A stretch of 64,000 nt of DNA from Azolla caroliniana (lineage: Eukaryota > Plantae > Polypodiophyta): assembly GCA_043228905.1 (NCBI GenBank), contig JBHGNT010000007.1, positions 1,054,001-1,118,000 on the forward strand, read 5' to 3'. Below, piece after piece: positions 23,340-35,437 of this stretch. Position numbers and translations under genes: made by a program. The notes under the pieces are model-generated. The model was not told the origin of the DNA and did not search any database. It saw nothing but the letters and a program-made list of their open reading frames with translations. Position 1 is the stretch's first letter. Every line of letters starts with the position of its first letter.

Positions 23340-25031
23340 ATGATCGGAGGCGGGGTAGCCACAGACAACGACGTCCGGACGGAGGCGGCTACGGACACAA
23401 CGAGCGGTGGTGTCGGGTCCTTACCCACACCTGTCCTAAAGGCTCCGGCGGTTGGCCCAAGTGCCGGCGTGAGTCCTAGAGCGACGGGCGGTGGCGACGG
23501 CAAGGTGGGCAACCGAGACGAGGACGAGGACGAGGAGGTAGCAAGCATAATCGAGGCTTGCGTAACCGGGGACGAGATAGCCACAGAGCACGGCGTCCGA
23601 ACGAAGGTGGCTACAAACATGACATCAACGAGTGATGGTACCGAGACTTTTCTCACACCTATTCTAGAGACTTCGGCGGTCGGCCCCGAGAGCCCACGTG
23701 AGACCGGAGAGACGGAAGGTGGCGGCGGCAAAGCGGACGATCGAAACGACAACGAGGAAGGTCATAGTGGACGGAGGAGAGACCCCTCGACACCGAGACC
23801 AGAGACTATGGGGGTTGCGCCCGAGTGCGGACATAAGACCGGAGAGATGGACGGTGGCCATGAGGAGACGTGGCCTAGAGCGGGCACATACAAGGAGGAG
23901 GATGCGAGGCCCGAAAGGGGCATACACAAAAGGACCGATGGAGAGGCCGGGAGCGGCAAAGAGGAGAGAGTCAAGATCCGACCCGACCGGAAGACGACGC
24001 AGAGGAAGATTGGGGCAAGGGCCGGCGAACCGGGCCCAAACCGAAGAAGTGCCGGCAAGGCCGGATTTGTTCGGACAAACACGTACCGGCCGGTTACGAT
24101 TACGGAAGGGAGCCGACCTAACTGGAACTCGATCGGCCGAGACCGATCCGGGCGAAGGCTATGTCGGCATGATTGGAGGTCGAGGCGTACGAGCCACAAC
24201 ACGCGGTGGGAGCCAGTGAGCGCGAGAAGGAGGCTAACCGGGCACGGTGATTACGGCTTAGCGGAAGACCGAGAGCAAGAGGAACCCTCCACACCTATGC
24301 TTGAGACTTCGGCGGTTGCGGATCAACATAAGACCGAAGAGATGGCAGGTGGCGGCGAGGAGTTAGAGGCCGATGCGGAGTCGGAGACCGGTGCAGATAT
24401 CCGGTATGAAATAATGGACGAGCAGGGCCAAGACGGCAAGCCCGAGTTGGAATGGGCTACGGCAACAAAGGGAGAAGAGGCCAACGCGGAGGTCGGGTCT
24501 AAGGTGAGTGAAGGGCGTAAAACGGAGCATGCACTACGGCCGACGAAGGGCCAAGAAGTAAGCATGCACCCGGAAGAGCGGCAACGAGTGACCGGCAACG
24601 GCGGACCGGTTGAGCCTTTGAGAGGCAAGCACACGGCGAGAGACGAAGCCATAAGGTGCCATGATCGGTGGATGAACGGCGGAAGAGAAGGATGGTGCGC
24701 GGAGAACAAAGGGGTACACGCCGGGAAGAGAAAGCGCGGTGTCCCGGAGGACATGCGAGGCCAGGAGGGCGCAAGTCGAGGTGAAGTGGTAACAAGAGCC
24801 GCGAAGGACACCGACACAGAGGTCGGTATGATGGTACACTGTACGGCGAGAGAGCACGACAAGCAAGGGGGAAGTGAGGAGCGCGTAATAGGGTCGCCTA
24901 AGGATCGAAGAACGAACGCGTATTTAGGGAACGATAACGGCACACGAGAAGAGCCTACGGGAGGCGAGCGCGGAGTAGAGAGAGTTGGCACGCGGAGGTG
25001 TTCGGGATGCGGAGACAATCGAACCGACTGA
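23340..25031 (+). CDS. 563-aa Gly/Glu/Arg/Thr-rich ORF of element Y, unknown function
   Basis: Long open frame with a recurring TP(I/V/M)LETS(A/V)V motif, also present in element X ORF 20839-21675; no enzymatic motifs. Confidence 0.4.
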   Translation: MIGGGVATDNDVRTEAATDTTSGGVGSLPTPVLKAPAVGPSAGVSPRATGGGDGKVGNRDEDEDEEVASIIEACVTGDEIATEHGVRTKVATNMTSTSDGTETFLTPILETSAVGPESPRETGETEGGGGKADDRNDNEEGHSGRRRDPSTPRPETMGVAPECGHKTGEMDGGHEETWPRAGTYKEEDARPERGIHKRTDGEAGSGKEERVKIRPDRKTTQRKIGARAGEPGPNRRSAGKAGFVRTNTYRPVTITEGSRPNWNSIGRDRSGRRLCRHDWRSRRTSHNTRWEPVSARRRLTGHGDYGLAEDREQEEPSTPMLETSAVADQHKTEEMAGGGEELEADAESETGADIRYEIMDEQGQDGKPELEWATATKGEEANAEVGSKVSEGRKTEHALRPTKGQEVSMHPEERQRVTGNGGPVEPLRGKHTARDEAIRCHDRWMNGGREGWCAENKGVHAGKRKRGVPEDMRGQEGASRGEVVTRAAKDTDTEVGMMVHCTAREHDKQGGSEERVIGSPKDRRTNAYLGNDNGTREEPTGGERGVERVGTRRCSGCGDNRTD

Positions 25032-28000
25032 GGGACATACGTAGCACGCAAGGCGCGGATTCCGGCGTACAACCGAAGTTACCGGGGCCCCAATCGAAGG
25101 GCATGCATGGCGGACAAAGTCGGAGTGTCCAGGTCGACAACGGCGTCTGGGAGGACCGATCGGGGAGGAAGGCGTGAATGTCGGATATGGCGGATCAGAT
25201 TGAGTCGGTGGTTCAGGGACACGCGGAGGACGTGCTGGATCGGATGGAGCCGACGGGTCGGGGCCGGTATGGAGCCGGCAAGACGGTCAGGTGTCGGGAA
25301 GGAGAAGAACCCGGTTGATCACTGTCGCCGAAATCTCTCACCCTTTTCCTTTCTTGGCACGTACCGATGGACGTGTGGTTTGGTGGGGGTGGATGTCGTG
25401 AAGATTTCTGGCTACGGTGTGAAACCGGGGTGGAATGGGCAAGTCGGTGGTGTGCAACATGTGCACATGTATACTAGGAAATGGTGTATAGAAATAGGAG
25501 GGGAAATTTTATCCCACATTGTAAGGTCCCTCCCTCCTTGGGCTATAAAAGGAAGGGAGGGGTCACTTATGAAGGGGTTGCCTATTTTGCGTATGAAAGG
25601 TATACCACTTAGTCTAGAGTTCTTATCGTTTTAGGGTTAGGGTTTTGTTTAGGGTTTCCTTATTCATCCTCGGTTAGGGTTTTCTCATAGTCGTTTGGTG
25701 TGGCCCATGCGGCCACCATGGTTGTAATCATTCGTTTGTTTTAATATAACTTGTTGAGCATCTTGCCTTGGCCGATCTCTCCTTCTATGTCATGATCTTA
25801 TTCTTCCTTCTTCTCCTCTTGAGCTAAGCTTCCAAAACATATCTTATTCTTTCTCCTCTACTCCCTAGTCCGAGACCCCCGTGGCCCCGCCCCTTCTACA
25901 CGCACACGCGTAACAACACGACAACGTCGACCTTGCACTCTTTACATCCCTTGATCACACAAGCTTTCCTCATGCTTGCACCTTCATCGCTCGATATTTT
26001 GGATACAACATGTGTTCCGAAATGCTCGTCCACTCTTAAAGCAACATTTCCCGCTCTCGAGTCTTCGGCCTTTCTCTTGACCGTCGTTCCTCCGTAAGTC
26101 GAGAAGGTGGCTTGCTTCACACCTTCTCCCGTGGTACTATCGTACCAAACCTGGGCCTTCGTATTGGCCGCATCATTAGTCTGCATTTGTCGGGAGGTCT
26201 CCTCTTCATCAATCACCAATTGCCTCGGTTTTGGCTCCATTCTAAGCTTCTCTTTGGCCTTGACTTGCACCTTTAAACTCTCATATGCCTCCTTTACGAA
26301 GGCTTCTATGTCGAGTACCGACCTATCTCCCCACTTCGAGCTCTCTTCCTTTAGTGGCGGCACATTGTTGCATGTCGTGCCTCTTCGATCTCCCCTCATG
26401 GGTCGTGACAATGTCGAAAAGATTCCCATCTTCCTCTTGTCATGTCGCCGGCATACTCTTTCAATTTCGGCCCAATTCTCGGTGAGGCCATTTGCTCCAT
26501 CATTGTCTTCAAGTTGGATTCCAAGTGCCTTCCTTTCCTTTCGATCAACTGACTTTACGAACATAAGGACTATACTCACACCCATCAATCCTTGATCCCT
26601 CTTCGAGAGTTGAGCGAAGCGACACTCAAACTCAACAAATGCATGCATAACACTCTGGTGAGTCTTCGTTGATGACACCCATTGGTCAAACTCGTATAGA
26701 CCTCGTCCCTTTAGCTCTTCATAACCATATACCTCTCGTAAAGCTTCCTTGAAGGACACCCATGAATCGTGAAGTTTTTGAAGCTCTTTCATCTCTTTGT
26801 AGATTGGTTCGGCCACCACTCGACAAAAGTACTCTAGCCTCGTTGCTTCGTTCACACCTCTCGAATCCATCTCGGCATTGTACGCCTTTAGAAAATTTTG
26901 GACTATGTCCCCATCGAAATAGCCGACTCGTTCGACCACGCTTTCGATGGCTTGTTGGGCCGCATCTCATCTTTTACCTTCTCTCGAAAATTCCATCATC
27001 ATTTTTGACATTGCCTTCAAGAGATATTCCTTGTCCATCTTCATCCTCCCCTGCCGCTCTTCACGTCGGGTTCACCAAAAGATGTCGCGAAGATGCACGT
27101 GCGTGCGTGCTTCGCTTGAGCGGGACCACCGGGGTCTCGAACCGAGGAGGACGTTCGCGAAATTGTCGAAAAGATGACGATGTGTATGTACGAATTGAGG
27201 AAACTAATGTCACACTTCAGAAGATCAAAGATTTTAAACTTGAGAAGAAGATAGATTTCAAGAAGAAGATTAAGAAGAAGATTATATTGATGGTGATGAT
27301 AATGATATCACATATTGAGCCCCCCTTTTACACAAGCCTTACGAGGGTTTTTACAGGTCTATCCATGCACAAAACCATGGGCTTGGAACATGGTTTTGTG
27401 CACACAGTTTTGTACGGTTGTTTTCTTATGCCTTTTGAATATGAAAAGAAATTTACATAACATCTAAAGTACTTGGTAGTTTCCCTAATGGTAAGATAAA
27501 TGTCTTCTATCTCGGAGGTGCAAGGTTCAAATCTTGCTTACACCCCTCTATATGCACTCGAATGCCACTAGGCCCTAGGATCATTTTCATATTTATAATC
27601 GTTTGTGTAATGTGCGTGGAACTACACTATTTCACAATGTCTCCCATTGGACACGCAACATCACGACAACCTACCACAGTCCTTTGGTCCAATTCCAGTT
27701 AGGAATCGAAGGTGTTGCCTCCGAAGAGGAAGACAATAGGGGTGGTAGTGTTGGAGGGTAAGAAGTGGCAAGTGAACCCAGACCCAGGGAAGATGGATAA
27801 TGATTGTAAATTATGGCTTTCTGACAACAATCCCCTATGTGATTTGGAGTGGATCCATTAGAGGTATGGTAGCAGAAACCAAGAACGAGCAAATTGGAAA
27901 GGTTTTTTGAGTGTGGTACTAAGATGGGAAGGCAAATCATTGGCTCCAAATCAGTGGGTGCTGCTCAGACTCGCAATAACTAGAGGGATAAAGGCATATC

Positions 28001-28081
28001 AGATGACTTCTTGAAGTCATTTTGGAGGAGACTATGGGCATTGGATATGCCAAAAAAAATAAAGGTTTGGTTGTGGCTTTT

Positions 28082-29352
28082 TGTGCGGAAAATAGCGCTC
28101 GACCACAACTGAGTCTTAAACAACAAATGGAAGAAAAAAAACCAAACGAACAACTAGATGACACATGATGTTTACGTGGAAACCTCTAAATGGGAAGAAC
28201 CACGAGAGCCCACGGGCTCCAACTATCACTATAAGGGGAGGAATACAATGTAAGACTCAAAGGCAACGACCTCGAGCTCTATGTCTTCACCAACCGGCGG
28301 TTACAACAGAAAACTCGTTCTGTGTCACTCTCTCTCTCTCTCATTCACTCTCTGTGTACAACGATGATACAACAACAACGTCATCGCTATAAAGTGTGTT
28401 GAGAGTCGAACTCAACTTCCCATAGATAGGTTTCACACTAGCTCATGGACATGTTGGGCTAGTTTTATAAATAGTAGAAAGAGCACTTGCCCTATCTTAG
28501 TTGGTATATAAACCAACACATTGTAACTTAGTCACCATTGGATGTTTTATGTTTGATGTATCTTTGGTTAATATACAGTTTTCTATCTCTGCCTTAAGAG
28601 CTCTCTCTCTCTCTCCCTTTGTTGCCTCACACACACACACACTCTCTCAATCTTCTTCCGTTGCATTGCAATCACTCTTGCCTCCCATTCCATTACAAAG
28701 TGATTACCTTAGGTCATATTTATACTTATATGACTTTAGGGCTATTTACAAATATAGCCTCAATGAGCTCACCATGAAACATATTTACACATGTCCTTGG
28801 ATCCGGTTTCCGGGTCTCATCCGGAACCCTTCCGGATCTGGTTCCTTCATCCGGCTCCTCCGGTTCTCATCCGGATCCCATCCGAATTCCCAACAAACTC
28901 CCCCTTCACTCCAACATGGGATTTCTCGTTAATCTGATCCATCTTCGACACGCGTCCAACTTGTCGGTTGAAAGCACTTGGTCAGCATATCCGATCCGTT
29001 CTCCTTTGTGTGGATCTTTGTCAGCACGAAGTCTTGATCTTCTACCTTCTCCCGGAGCCAGTGATATCTCCTCTGGATATGCTTGGTCCAAGAATGGTAG
29101 GTCGCGTTCTTCGCAAGGTGGATAATGCTTTGACTATTGCAGTAGAACCAGAATTCCTCCTACCGAATCCCTAGCTCTCCGATGAAGTCCTTCATCCGGA
29201 TTATCTCCTTGCCGGCTTCCACAACTACCATGTACTCCGCTTCCATTGTCGACATTGCAATAGACTTCTGCAGCCTCGACTGCCATGATACAACTCCCCC
29301 TGCATAAGTCATGACATATCCGGATGTAAACCGGTTAGTATCCGCATCAGCC
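28082..29352 (-). mobile_element. Copia 3' fragment: RNase H (about 28925-29350), PPT and 3' LTR (inner end 28895, outer end approximate)
   Basis: VSWQSRLQKSIAMSTMEAEY, TKHIQRRYHWLRE, SDMLTK motifs; ...CCAACA followed by aactcccccttc. Confidence 0.8.
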
Positions 29353-29640
29353 TATCACAAAATGTGAATATCAAGGTTTGAACTTGTGACCTTCAAACAA
29401 TGGTCTTAAACTTTAACCATTGCACCAACTCATTTTAATTAACAAATACATTTTCATATTATTATTATTCAAGAACTATAGAGCACTAGACACATTAGAT
29501 GACTGCCAAATGGCCAAGTGGCGCACAACATATATACCAAATGGTGATCATGCACATTCTGATGTACAATATATAAGTCGAAGATCTGCTTAGTGTTGAA
29601 CCATTCCAGTTCAACACCAGTCTTCAGCAACCTTGTAATC
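29353..29640 (+). repeat. Probable decayed LTR fragment of the self-priming group
   Basis: Start resembles the 14388/16248 LTR start; TATA-like tatataag followed by GTTGAACCATTCCAGTTCAACACCAGTCTT like the other self-primer modules. Confidence 0.45.
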
Positions 29641-29659
29641 TTGGTTTCTGGTAATAGAT

Positions 29660-29990
29660 ATTCTTAGGAGACTCGAGAGGATGGACACCCTCACTTGACC
29701 CGCATGTCACTTGAGAAGTACTTCAAGGAACCATTGTCCATTTTCAGTAGGTATCTAACTTGTTCATACACTACTATAATTGCTCTATACCCTAATAGGA
29801 TTTCGATCTTTATTAACCTTTTCCAAAGTTGACTTATTGGTATTGTGTCAATGACGTTCTTGAAGGCCACATAATAACAATATAGCGTTTTCCCTTGAAA
29901 TCCACTCTCTTCTATAATTATTCTTAGTGTAACCAAATGATCAACAACATAACGTTTTGGTCTAAAGCTTGCTTGGCCGAGTGCTCATTT
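29660..29990 (-). pseudogene. Highly decayed non-LTR reverse transcriptase fragment
   Basis: DHLVTLRIIIEE...YCYYVAFKNVIDTI...LWKRL...RVK*GCPSS matches LINE RT subdomains. Confidence 0.65.
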
Positions 29991-32900
29991 GTGATGATAT
30001 TCGTCTTATGATGCTCATTAAAGTTGTGTTCCTCACTTTGCCATTAGACATCTTTTTTACACCTCTATTAACATCTTCAATAAACACATATGCAATATAT
30101 GGTGTTTCCATGCTCAATGTCGTATGCATGATCTCATCATGAATATAAAAGCCTTTGTATATGTTGTTTCATCTCTTTGTTTGTAAATTTGCCAATTACA
30201 TATTCTTTTTTCCCTCAATTCATCTTCCATGCTAACATTAGTTAAAGTTTAAACATTTGGGTTTTCTTCATTTCTTGTATTTGATAATGGTGCCTCTTCT
30301 TTCTCTTCACCATTGAATTACTATCGATACAATGTTAGAATTTTTTCGTTTTCATCTTTCGCGAGCTTGAACATTTTGAGATGAGCCTTGAATTGTTCAA
30401 ATCATTTGTCCTCATAAATGCAAGGGTGCCATAGAGAATCTTCAAGTTTGTGCAATTAAACATGTAGACAAGAAGCTTACCATCACCTAAGATAATACGA
30501 TCTTCTAAGTCACATGATACTTTTACATTATTATTAACATTCAACTCTAGAATTAAAACCCCCACAACAACGAGCACTTTTTAATCTTCTCACATGAAAG
30601 AATGCCAATCCACACAAAAAATAGATCATCACAATCTATAGCTCATACAAATTATAGTAGTTGGGTTCTATATGAGGAATGTAGCAATGTATCAAATAAA
30701 CTTTATCTTTACATTGTGTTACTTCAACCCACATGTATCACTTGTAATCATCGTAGTTACATAGAAATCTTCCACAACCAACACATTCCAATCTTTTCAC
30801 ATGTAAGAATGTCGACCCACATATTGAAAAAGAATCATCATGATCCAACTCATACAAATTATAGTGGTTGGATTATGAACAAGGAATGTATCAATGTACC
30901 AAATAAAGTTTATTTTTACATAATGTTACTTCAACCGAAATAAACAATGTACATATATATGTTAGTTCATCATACATATATATAAAGACTCAAATGTAAG
31001 CCCTCACTGTTGCTCACCCAATATTTCTTATTGTATAGGGGTGTATAGGTTTGATGATGTAACTATTGATATTAGATATACTCTTGGATTTATGTTCCCA
31101 AGTTCAAGTAGAAATATAATATCTACATCTTGAGTCCATATTCCATGGATATCATCTACAATTCCAAAAATATTTTCAAACTTACGATAGTCCCATAGGT
31201 CATCATTTGTTATGCATTTGAAGTTCCTTTTCTAGTTGCATAGGCATGTCATCTCTGTTGTTGCTTCATTGGGGTTTGGAAATTTATGCCACTATATCAA
31301 TGATAATTTTTTACATATAATCTAAGATGTGCAAATAATGGCTTGACATGATTCTCCTTTTAGCCTCTTCCTACCAACTTTATGTACAAGTCCATATACA
31401 ATACGCCATGCAAAGAAAAACAATATTCTAAGAATATTCTTGCATCCCCAAATAGTTACAACATTTTGTGTCCTCTTTAATGGGTGATGATGCCATGATG
31501 CTACCTAAACACTTAAATTGTGTGAAAGAGTCCGAGGAAGTGTTTGGGCTCTTTGAGAGCCAATGATACATTCTAGCATTTTTGCCTTGTATTGGCATTG
31601 ACATTGTGTTGGAGGTTTTTATGTGTTTCTTAGGTCATTTCCTTCTCTTGAGGATTATATGCTCCACGCATGAACTTAAATACAGAAATTGGAATCATGG
31701 GTGAGAGTTAGTTTATTGTGTGTTTCTTAAATGACATTCCTAATTCAAAATATGGAGGTAGTCTACCTCTTATCTACCCCATATTTCTTTAGAGGTTTTA
31801 AGAATTCATACACTTTGTTTTAGTGTGTCCTCCATGTGGAAGAGCTTTAAGCATGCATTCAAGTCATTTGTGTTTATGACACATATAAGTTCCATCGATG
31901 ATAGTTAACTAATTATATTGTTCAAGCATGATTTCCAAGTCATACAATATAGGTGATCATTTCTATTTAGTTTTTCAATGTGGTAGATGGAAGATGATAC
32001 CTAGCTGGTGGCATTTGTCATCATATATGTTATTGACCATACACTTAAGATGATCAAATACCTTTATTTGAATAAGTTAACGAGTTCAATTATTGACAAT
32101 ATTATGCTCTTACACTTGAGATTATTGAATACATACGTTTGAATCAGAGAGTGAGGTCAATTATTGCTTGTGCGGCAAATATCTTGGTGGTTTGGGCTCC
32201 TTTGCTTATATACCATGTAGAAATATGGAAGGGAGTTAGAGAAGAGAGAAAGATGATAACTTTTAAAACATGTCTAGTCTCTTGCAACCATGACATAAGG
32301 TCTAGTGTTATGATGGTTTAAAGCATGTCTAGTATGTAACAAGTTACAACTTACAACCATGACATGAGTTCTAGCGTTATGGTGGTTATTACTAATTAGT
32401 ATCCAAAGCCGCACCATATTGAATGGAGTGCATCATTTCATGCATTAAATATATATTTTATTTTAATTGTATTTAGTTTCTTTTATTTATATCTAGGTAT
32501 GAATATTATGACTCTTTAGGCTTCTTTGTGTTATTTATGTATTTCTATCTGTGATGTATTTTATGTCTATCTATATATGCATGGATGCATTTATTATGCT
32601 TGTATGGACATATGTATTTCTATATTTGCAAACGAAAATGATGGTCACAGGAGCAATAACAGGAGGAGCTTTGAAGCTTTGAAAGAACGAAAGAAACTAA
32701 AGAAAATGTCGTGGAGAGAAGCTTCATGCATTGCATCACAAAGTGATGGGTTTCAATGTAGAAATGTGGCATGGTTTTCACACATGGTGCAATTTGATTC
32801 GTCATGCAACAATTGTGTTGTATGGAGTGATAGAAATAATCATTCGTCGTTATGTATTTTAATGTGTTTCCAATACTATAAGACATTGATTGGCACCCGA

Positions 32901-33708
32901 GGGCAGATAGCTTTGATTCACAAGTCAAACAAAGAATGGCCTCAATTCTTGTTGCCATCATGTTATTGTTGTCAAAGTGCAAACAAAGGTCAATTGCGGA
33001 ATTTTATAGTTGGGGAACCTTTTCTATGTTGGATTTTGTGTAACCAAATAAATTATACAAGTTAAATAATAAATATTTATTGAGATTGTAAACATTCTAT
33101 AAATTTTAATTTAAAAACTAGACAAGAATTCTGATACTTGGTAGGGTAGTGTTTAAGAATTTACTAATATCCAATTAATTTTCCATATGAACATAACATT
33201 ACAACTCTTGCCAACTTTGTTTCACGATTTCAAGCAACATTTCCAAGTACAATTTTCTATATGGATTTATGTAATACTCATATATGTGAAAAGTACCAAC
33301 AAATGGGCAGATTCACATGTCTAGCATGTGAAAGAGGAGAAGATGGGATAAATGGTGTGACAATACTCTAGTTGTAAGTGGTAGCATGTAACATGGATAG
33401 GAAATAACATATTACATATACAAAAACCAATCAAAGTAGAATTGACTTAGACATATAGAGTAAGTCTAGCTATAACACAATGTCACAATACTATCTACCT
33501 TGGAATGTTGGCTAATTGCATGTTATATAATTTAAGGCATAGTTAATGGTGAGGGGCATAAGCTATAGAGCAATTGGTAGCTTATAATATTTTAAAGAAT
33601 AAGGCAAAGAGCTATGTAAAGGTTCAAAGGCTTTAGGTAGGAGCAATTAGTAGCTTATATGTTCAAAGAAAACCATAGAGCTATAATATCTACCTTATAA
33701 GTTATGAG

Positions 33709-33710
<2 letters not shown>

Positions 33711-33780
<70 letters not shown>
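33711..33780. repeat. Compound microsatellite (CA)n(TA)n(GA)n
   Basis: Directly visible. Confidence 0.95.
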
Positions 33781-34190
33781 CTCCAAGGGTATCAATTCCT
33801 TATAATCACTACAGAGAACTTAATCAAAAAAACAATATTTAGTACATGCAGATGGAGATGGAGATGGGAAGAGACAATTTTTAGAAACGCAAGAAAGAAA
33901 AGTGAAGAAGAATTAGACACCTTAGAAAAGCAGGAAGGCAAGGAACCATGGATTCATGCAGAGAAAAGGGGGTTGGATCAGTTGATGAGATACATACGCC
34001 AGATGATGATGATGATCAGATCAGAATTAGAATCAGAGCAGAACCAAGTATCTTTGGACGGAAACACTCTAAGTCTATATACCCATAAAAAAATCACCCG
34101 CACGCACATACACCATAAATAAAAAAAGCAACGAAAAAACGCAGAGTAAAAACGCAAGAAAAAAGCAGCCGCCTGCTATTACTATGTATG

Positions 34191-34198
34191 TATATAAA
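34191..34198 (+). promoter_or_regulatory. Candidate TATA box of secreted-protein gene copy 1
   Basis: TATATAAA about 190 bp upstream of the ATG, conserved upstream of copy 2 (about 54178-54185, minus). Confidence 0.5.
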
Positions 34199-34386
34199 GA
34201 CAGAGAGAGAGAGAATGTAATCGTAATTAAGTACATCCATACATCCATTACTTACTTACTTCAAAAAAAAATCCTTGTCATTATTTATTATTTACGTTGT
34301 GCAAAAATCCTTGTCATTACATACATACATATTTAGGTGTGTTTTATAACCTATATACATACATACATACATACATAGATAATATA

Positions 34387-34824
34387 ATGGCCCTGTCCCG
34401 CCGCCCCCTCACTGCTGCCGTCATGACGATGACGGTGACGGTGACGGTGCTCCTGTTAACGTTGACGGCTGCATCTGCGCGCCCTAAGTCCGCCTTCTCT
34501 AACCCTAACCCTAACCCTAACCCTAACCCTAACCCTAACCCTAGCCTTAGCCCTAGCCCGAGCCCCGCCGCCATGGCGATGCCGCAGAGGTCGTTGGTGG
34601 ACTACACGTGCTGGAACTGCGACGACAGCCCGTATGTGCAGGACCCCCATCACTACCACCTTGGACCCCCCGGTCTTGCATCAACACTTAACGATCAGAA
34701 GTTCTCTGCCGTTCCAGACATGGCGGAGGCTGCACATCATATGCCCATGCCCACCTTGCCCATGACCATGCCTCACAACGCCCCTTCGCAGGGTCAGGAG
34801 AAGGGCAAGGGAGCTCCAAATTGA
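34387..34824 (+). CDS. Small secreted protein / peptide precursor, copy 1 (145 aa): signal peptide, (NP)7, DY-x-CWNC core, Met/Pro/His-rich tail
   Basis: ATG in aataATGG context, hydrophobic N-terminus ending ASA|RP, GC-rich single exon within AT-rich flanks. The frame is conserved with copy 2, with only in-frame indels. Confidence 0.85.
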   Translation: MALSRRPLTAAVMTMTVTVTVLLLTLTAASARPKSAFSNPNPNPNPNPNPNPSLSPSPSPAAMAMPQRSLVDYTCWNCDDSPYVQDPHHYHLGPPGLASTLNDQKFSAVPDMAEAAHHMPMPTLPMTMPHNAPSQGQEKGKGAPN

Positions 34825-35437
34825 TTGCCATCCCATCGCATCCCATCCCATCCCATCCATGGCTAACTGCCATCTACAGATGTGCAGCATATTGTAATTA
34901 CTCCCTGCAATAGCATTAGTATAGTCTCTCTCATACAACATTATGCATCTCTCACATCCTGCATTTGCATTGTTACTTAATTCTCCTCTGCCCTTTGGTT
35001 AGGATGCTTCCCAATCCTCCTCCTCCTCATCTTCCTCCTATTAGTAGACTTTATACTGTGATGATGATAGTAATGTAGGGCTGTCTGTAACTCTGTTCAT
35101 CAATCTAGCACTAGAATGTTGTTTGTAATCTCTTATTCAAGACACTTGTAATCTGTCAAAATTTTAGTATTAATCAAAGCTGTTCCTCATCCTGAATCAT
35201 AATTAATGATCATGTTAACACAAACGACCACTTCTACCCCTACTCTGTATGCTTTCATGCCTTCCATGTCTGAACCATGAAGTCCTCGTTTCATGGTTTG
35301 ATTGCGAACAAGTCAAATATTGATCAATCGCGCCTAGGGCAGTAATGCTAAGTGTTTTTATTGTCATAGATACATCTAATGATCAAGCACGCCTAGGACA
35401 GTAATATTAGCCAAGGGTTTTTATTGTCATAGATGCA

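Larger units (their letters stand above)
21603..25923 (+). mobile_element. Non-autonomous LTR element Y (tRNA-Trp PBS, gag-like plus low-complexity ORF, no pol)
   Basis: LTRs 21603-22132 and 25394-25923 highly similar, 4-bp TSD ACGT, PBS 22137-22153, PPT 25382-25393. Confidence 0.92.
19737..27668 (-). mobile_element. Non-autonomous LTR element X (tRNA-Trp PBS, gag-like ORF, no pol), host of element Y
   Basis: LTRs 19737-20378 and 27083-27668 (56-bp indel between them), PBS TGGTGAACCCGACGTGA at 27061-27077, PPT GGTGGGGGTGGA at 20379-20390, flanks ACGT/ACCT. gag-like ORF 25928-27040 continues at 20839-21602. Confidence 0.88.

Noticed and set aside
20923-26595. Many long overlapping ORFs on opposite strands and frames in elements X and Y
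   Set aside because: Shadow ORFs of GC-rich low-complexity sequence; no independent motifs.
31000-33100. Possible hAT transposase relic (NLIRHAT-like fragment near 32790)
   Set aside because: Too decayed to establish a frame, catalytic motifs or TIRs by eye.
34297-34386. Upstream extension of the peptide ORF (MCKNPCHY…), also 53982-54071
   Set aside because: Non-ATG start in AT-rich (TACA)n UTR-like sequence; the signal peptide begins at ATG 34387 (53981 in copy 2).
34501-34542. Telomere or chromosome-fusion scar
   Set aside because: Short, in frame within a CDS and duplicated with the gene; better explained as a coding microsatellite.
34600-34680. BURP-type RiPP (cyclic peptide) precursor
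   Set aside because: No repeated cores and no BURP domain (CH motifs) in the window.
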